From assembly GCF_018350175.1 (NCBI RefSeq), contig NC_058368.1, positions 58,964,001 to 59,028,000 on the forward strand: a stretch of 64,000 bases of DNA. Reading direction: 5' to 3'. This stretch comes from Felis catus (lineage: Eukaryota). This document shows, in pieces, positions 61,309 through 64,000 of this stretch. The notes under the pieces were generated by a model. The model was not told the DNA's origin, ran no database searches, and saw nothing but the letters and a program-made list of their open reading frames with translations. Position numbers and translations under genes: made by a program. Positions within the stretch are counted from its first letter, which is position 1. Each line of letters starts with the position of its first letter.

Positions 61309-63420
61309 TACCCTCTCCAGCTCAAATCATTTCTGGGGTTCTGCAGATAGGTTACTAAATCCACTGTACCATATGCATTCTGGTGGGGTTACCTACTCAC
61401 CAAGTCATCCATGAATAAACTCCATAACCTTGTATACATTCAACCTCCCAGGGAATTTCAGTAGGAACTTATCCTAATGCTTTCCTGTATCTTTGGGTAT
61501 ATCAGGATATATTTAGGAAGTGCTTTACTAAGTATTTTTATGTGTACTTCTCTTCGTGTCTGTCTTTTAATTATGTATGTGTTAGAGTCGGTTTAGTTCT
61601 GCTTCTCTCTCCTAACTTTATTGTATTCTCCGTGTACTTTAATCTATTCCCATATTACTGATAAATGTTTAAATGCTAATGCCAGGTAAACTCTCTCTGG
61701 ATCTCCAAACTTGTATATCAGTTTCCATCAGAGATACACATATAAATTATTTTTAATGAATAGTAAAACCATCCACTTATTTTCCCCCTAGACTGTAATC
61801 TTGTAGTCAGTTGTGGTTTAGTCATAAATTTCCATTCTATTTAGCATATGTGAAGAGAGAATACAGTGTCTTTACTTTCTGTAGATCATCTTTTATAAAA
61901 GGGAGTTAAACATCCGATGATAATGTATGGAAATATTTGCCAATTATTAAGTTTCAATAGTGAGTTTTGAAAAGCTCAGTCTTCTCAGTACACTCTATTC
62001 CTTCTGTTTATCTCCCCCTATTACTCCCTAAATGCTGCTTATATATATTTGGGATTGAGGTAGGGGTTTGCATCAACTTGGGGCTCAAAGCTGACTGAGG
62101 GTCATCAAGTTGCCTTCTAGGGTATCTTTTGCAGGATGACTATCCTAAAGTAATCCCTTGCCATCCTGTGTTTTTGACCTCGGACCAGCAGCTTGTGAAC
62201 TTGTGCTATCTTGCATTGGCTAAGAACCAAGTCCTTTGCTGATGCTGCCTCAATTGGCTATTCCTGGCACAGTAAATGCCAAATCTTTCAGCTATCTATT
62301 CCCTGGCTTTCTCCACTGGCTCTCTAACCAGCTATTTCCATGTGCCTAGATGGGCTTATACAATCTTTCCATTCATCTCATACCACAGAAGTAGTCAAGA
62401 GACACTCAAAGGCACAAGTTCAGGGCCTGCCTCTTTTGTGCTTCGTGTAGTTTCTTTTTACTTCAGTTAACAGATTTCCTATGTTATGAAAGGGAACCCT
62501 TGAAGTGTCTCCTTACACAACCCGAGGAGCAAAGTAATGAAAAATGTTCTGCAGGTACATCTAACATCTACAATAGTTTTTCTGGCAAATGAATGGCGAT
62601 TCTAATACACGTGCATCCCAACTTGGTCTCTCTTCCAGTATTCTTATGCATTATATTTCTACTCATATTAGAGCAGAAAGGATACTTCCTTCTCTTGCTG
62701 CAGATGAAACTCATTTTGTATGATGTTTTTCTCTTTAAGATAAGAATACTTTATGACATGTAAATCATCATTTGAAGGAGTATCCTCAAAGTCCTATGGA
62801 AGAATCACTATAATCTGGTATTAGTAGATTTTGGTCTTGACATGGGAGTTTATGGAAAACCAGCAGCTAAGTGCTACTGAGGATAAATTTATGGTGATTT
62901 ACTATCCCTTACATATTATGTATGTTTTATAGCCTGGGCTTCCTGTGTCCCTTTGTATCACAATCAGTGAAAGAGCACATATTATCTATTTGTTATGTTA
63001 AATAACTTTAATTATTCAATCTATTCCCACTTCTAGGTTCCCACTTCTAGGTAATCTAGGTTGCCTCTAAATTACTCCCAACTTGTTTTTCAGTCTATAG
63101 TCTTGACGTCATTCTAATGATTTCTACTTTGTAAGAACGATTTTATTGTTTTATTTGCCTACTTGGACTTGGATTTAAACTCCCTTTTGATATGATACAG
63201 TTCAAATACTTAAATAGAAGTTATTGGGGCTCTCTAATAACTTCCCACTGCTTATCTTTTTATTCTCATCATCTTTGTTCTTAATGCCAAACTCTGATAC
63301 CAAATCTCCTTTGAATCTTCAATCATGTAATGGTTTGATTTGTTCTTTGGCCATAAAACATGTTGTTCCATTTGCTGGGATTATTTTTTTTCCTCACCTT
63401 TCTTCACTTGATTCACATCC

Positions 63421-63649
63421 TTTATTTATTTATTTAATTTTTTTTTTTAAGTTTATTTATTTTTGAGACAGAGAGAGACAGAGCGTGAGCAGGGGAGGGG
63501 CACAGAGAGAGGGAGACACAGAATCTGAAACAGGCTCCAGGCTCTGAGCTGTCAGCACAGAGCCTGACGCGGGGCTCGAACTCACAGACCGTGAGATCAT
63601 GACCTGAGCGGAAGTCGGACGCTTAACGACTGAGCCACCCAGGCGCCCC
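63421..63649 (-). mobile_element. Young CAN-SINE (SINEC_Fc-like)
   Basis: CpG-retaining body, GGGGCGCCTGGGTGGCTCAG head; TSD TCACATCC at 63413 and 63650. Confidence 0.96.
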
Positions 63650-63794
63650 TCACATCCATTAATCTTTCACGTCTCAGTTTAGAAGTTACTTGCCTAAAGA
63701 AGCTTATCTTACTAATTTTGGTTAGCTTCTTGTCCATTCAGTTTTTAATTTTCTCTATTTTCCCATATTGCACATTATATTATAATTCCATGGA

Positions 63795-63796
<2 letters not shown>

Positions 63797-63831
<35 letters not shown>

Positions 63832-63839
63832 CCCCCCCC
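63797..63839. repeat. (CT)n plus C-run
   Basis: Directly visible. Confidence 0.9.
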
Positions 63840-64000
63840 TCATTTTCTTCCCACCTCTAACAGAAGATGTACTCTTGCTTACCATTCTTTTTCTACATAA
63901 AAAGTGGGTCATAATTTTACAAAGATATCTTACCATTCTTTCTAGTATGCCCTATATTTTGTCGTTTTCTAGAATTCATATTATTCATCTTAAACCATAT

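Overview
AT-rich mammalian DNA, almost certainly a feliform/felid carnivore (19 CAN-SINE copies, cat-type L1 3' UTRs). I recognised no host protein-coding gene; essentially every ORF in the track is L1-, SINE- or microsatellite-derived or a chance ORF. Well over half the window is interspersed repeat. There are three full-length but disabled L1s with three unrelated 5' UTRs (15241-22600 +, 27318-33164 +, 41560-48765 -), a twin-primed (5'-inverted) L1 that hosts the third full-length L1, several truncated L1s, and two old L1MC-like elements. Also present are ERV1-type solo LTRs, Tigger/hAT DNA-transposon fossils, MIRs and a probable retrocopied mRNA 3' end. The interest is mechanistic: base-resolved L1 nesting inside an inversion, candidate 5' and 3' transductions, two templated insertions lacking TPRT hallmarks, and an antisense CTCF/NRF1/YY1 cassette plus ORF in one L1 5' UTR. 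I found no evidence of a wholly new biological system. Family names come from recalled consensus sequences and need RepeatMasker/Dfam confirmation.
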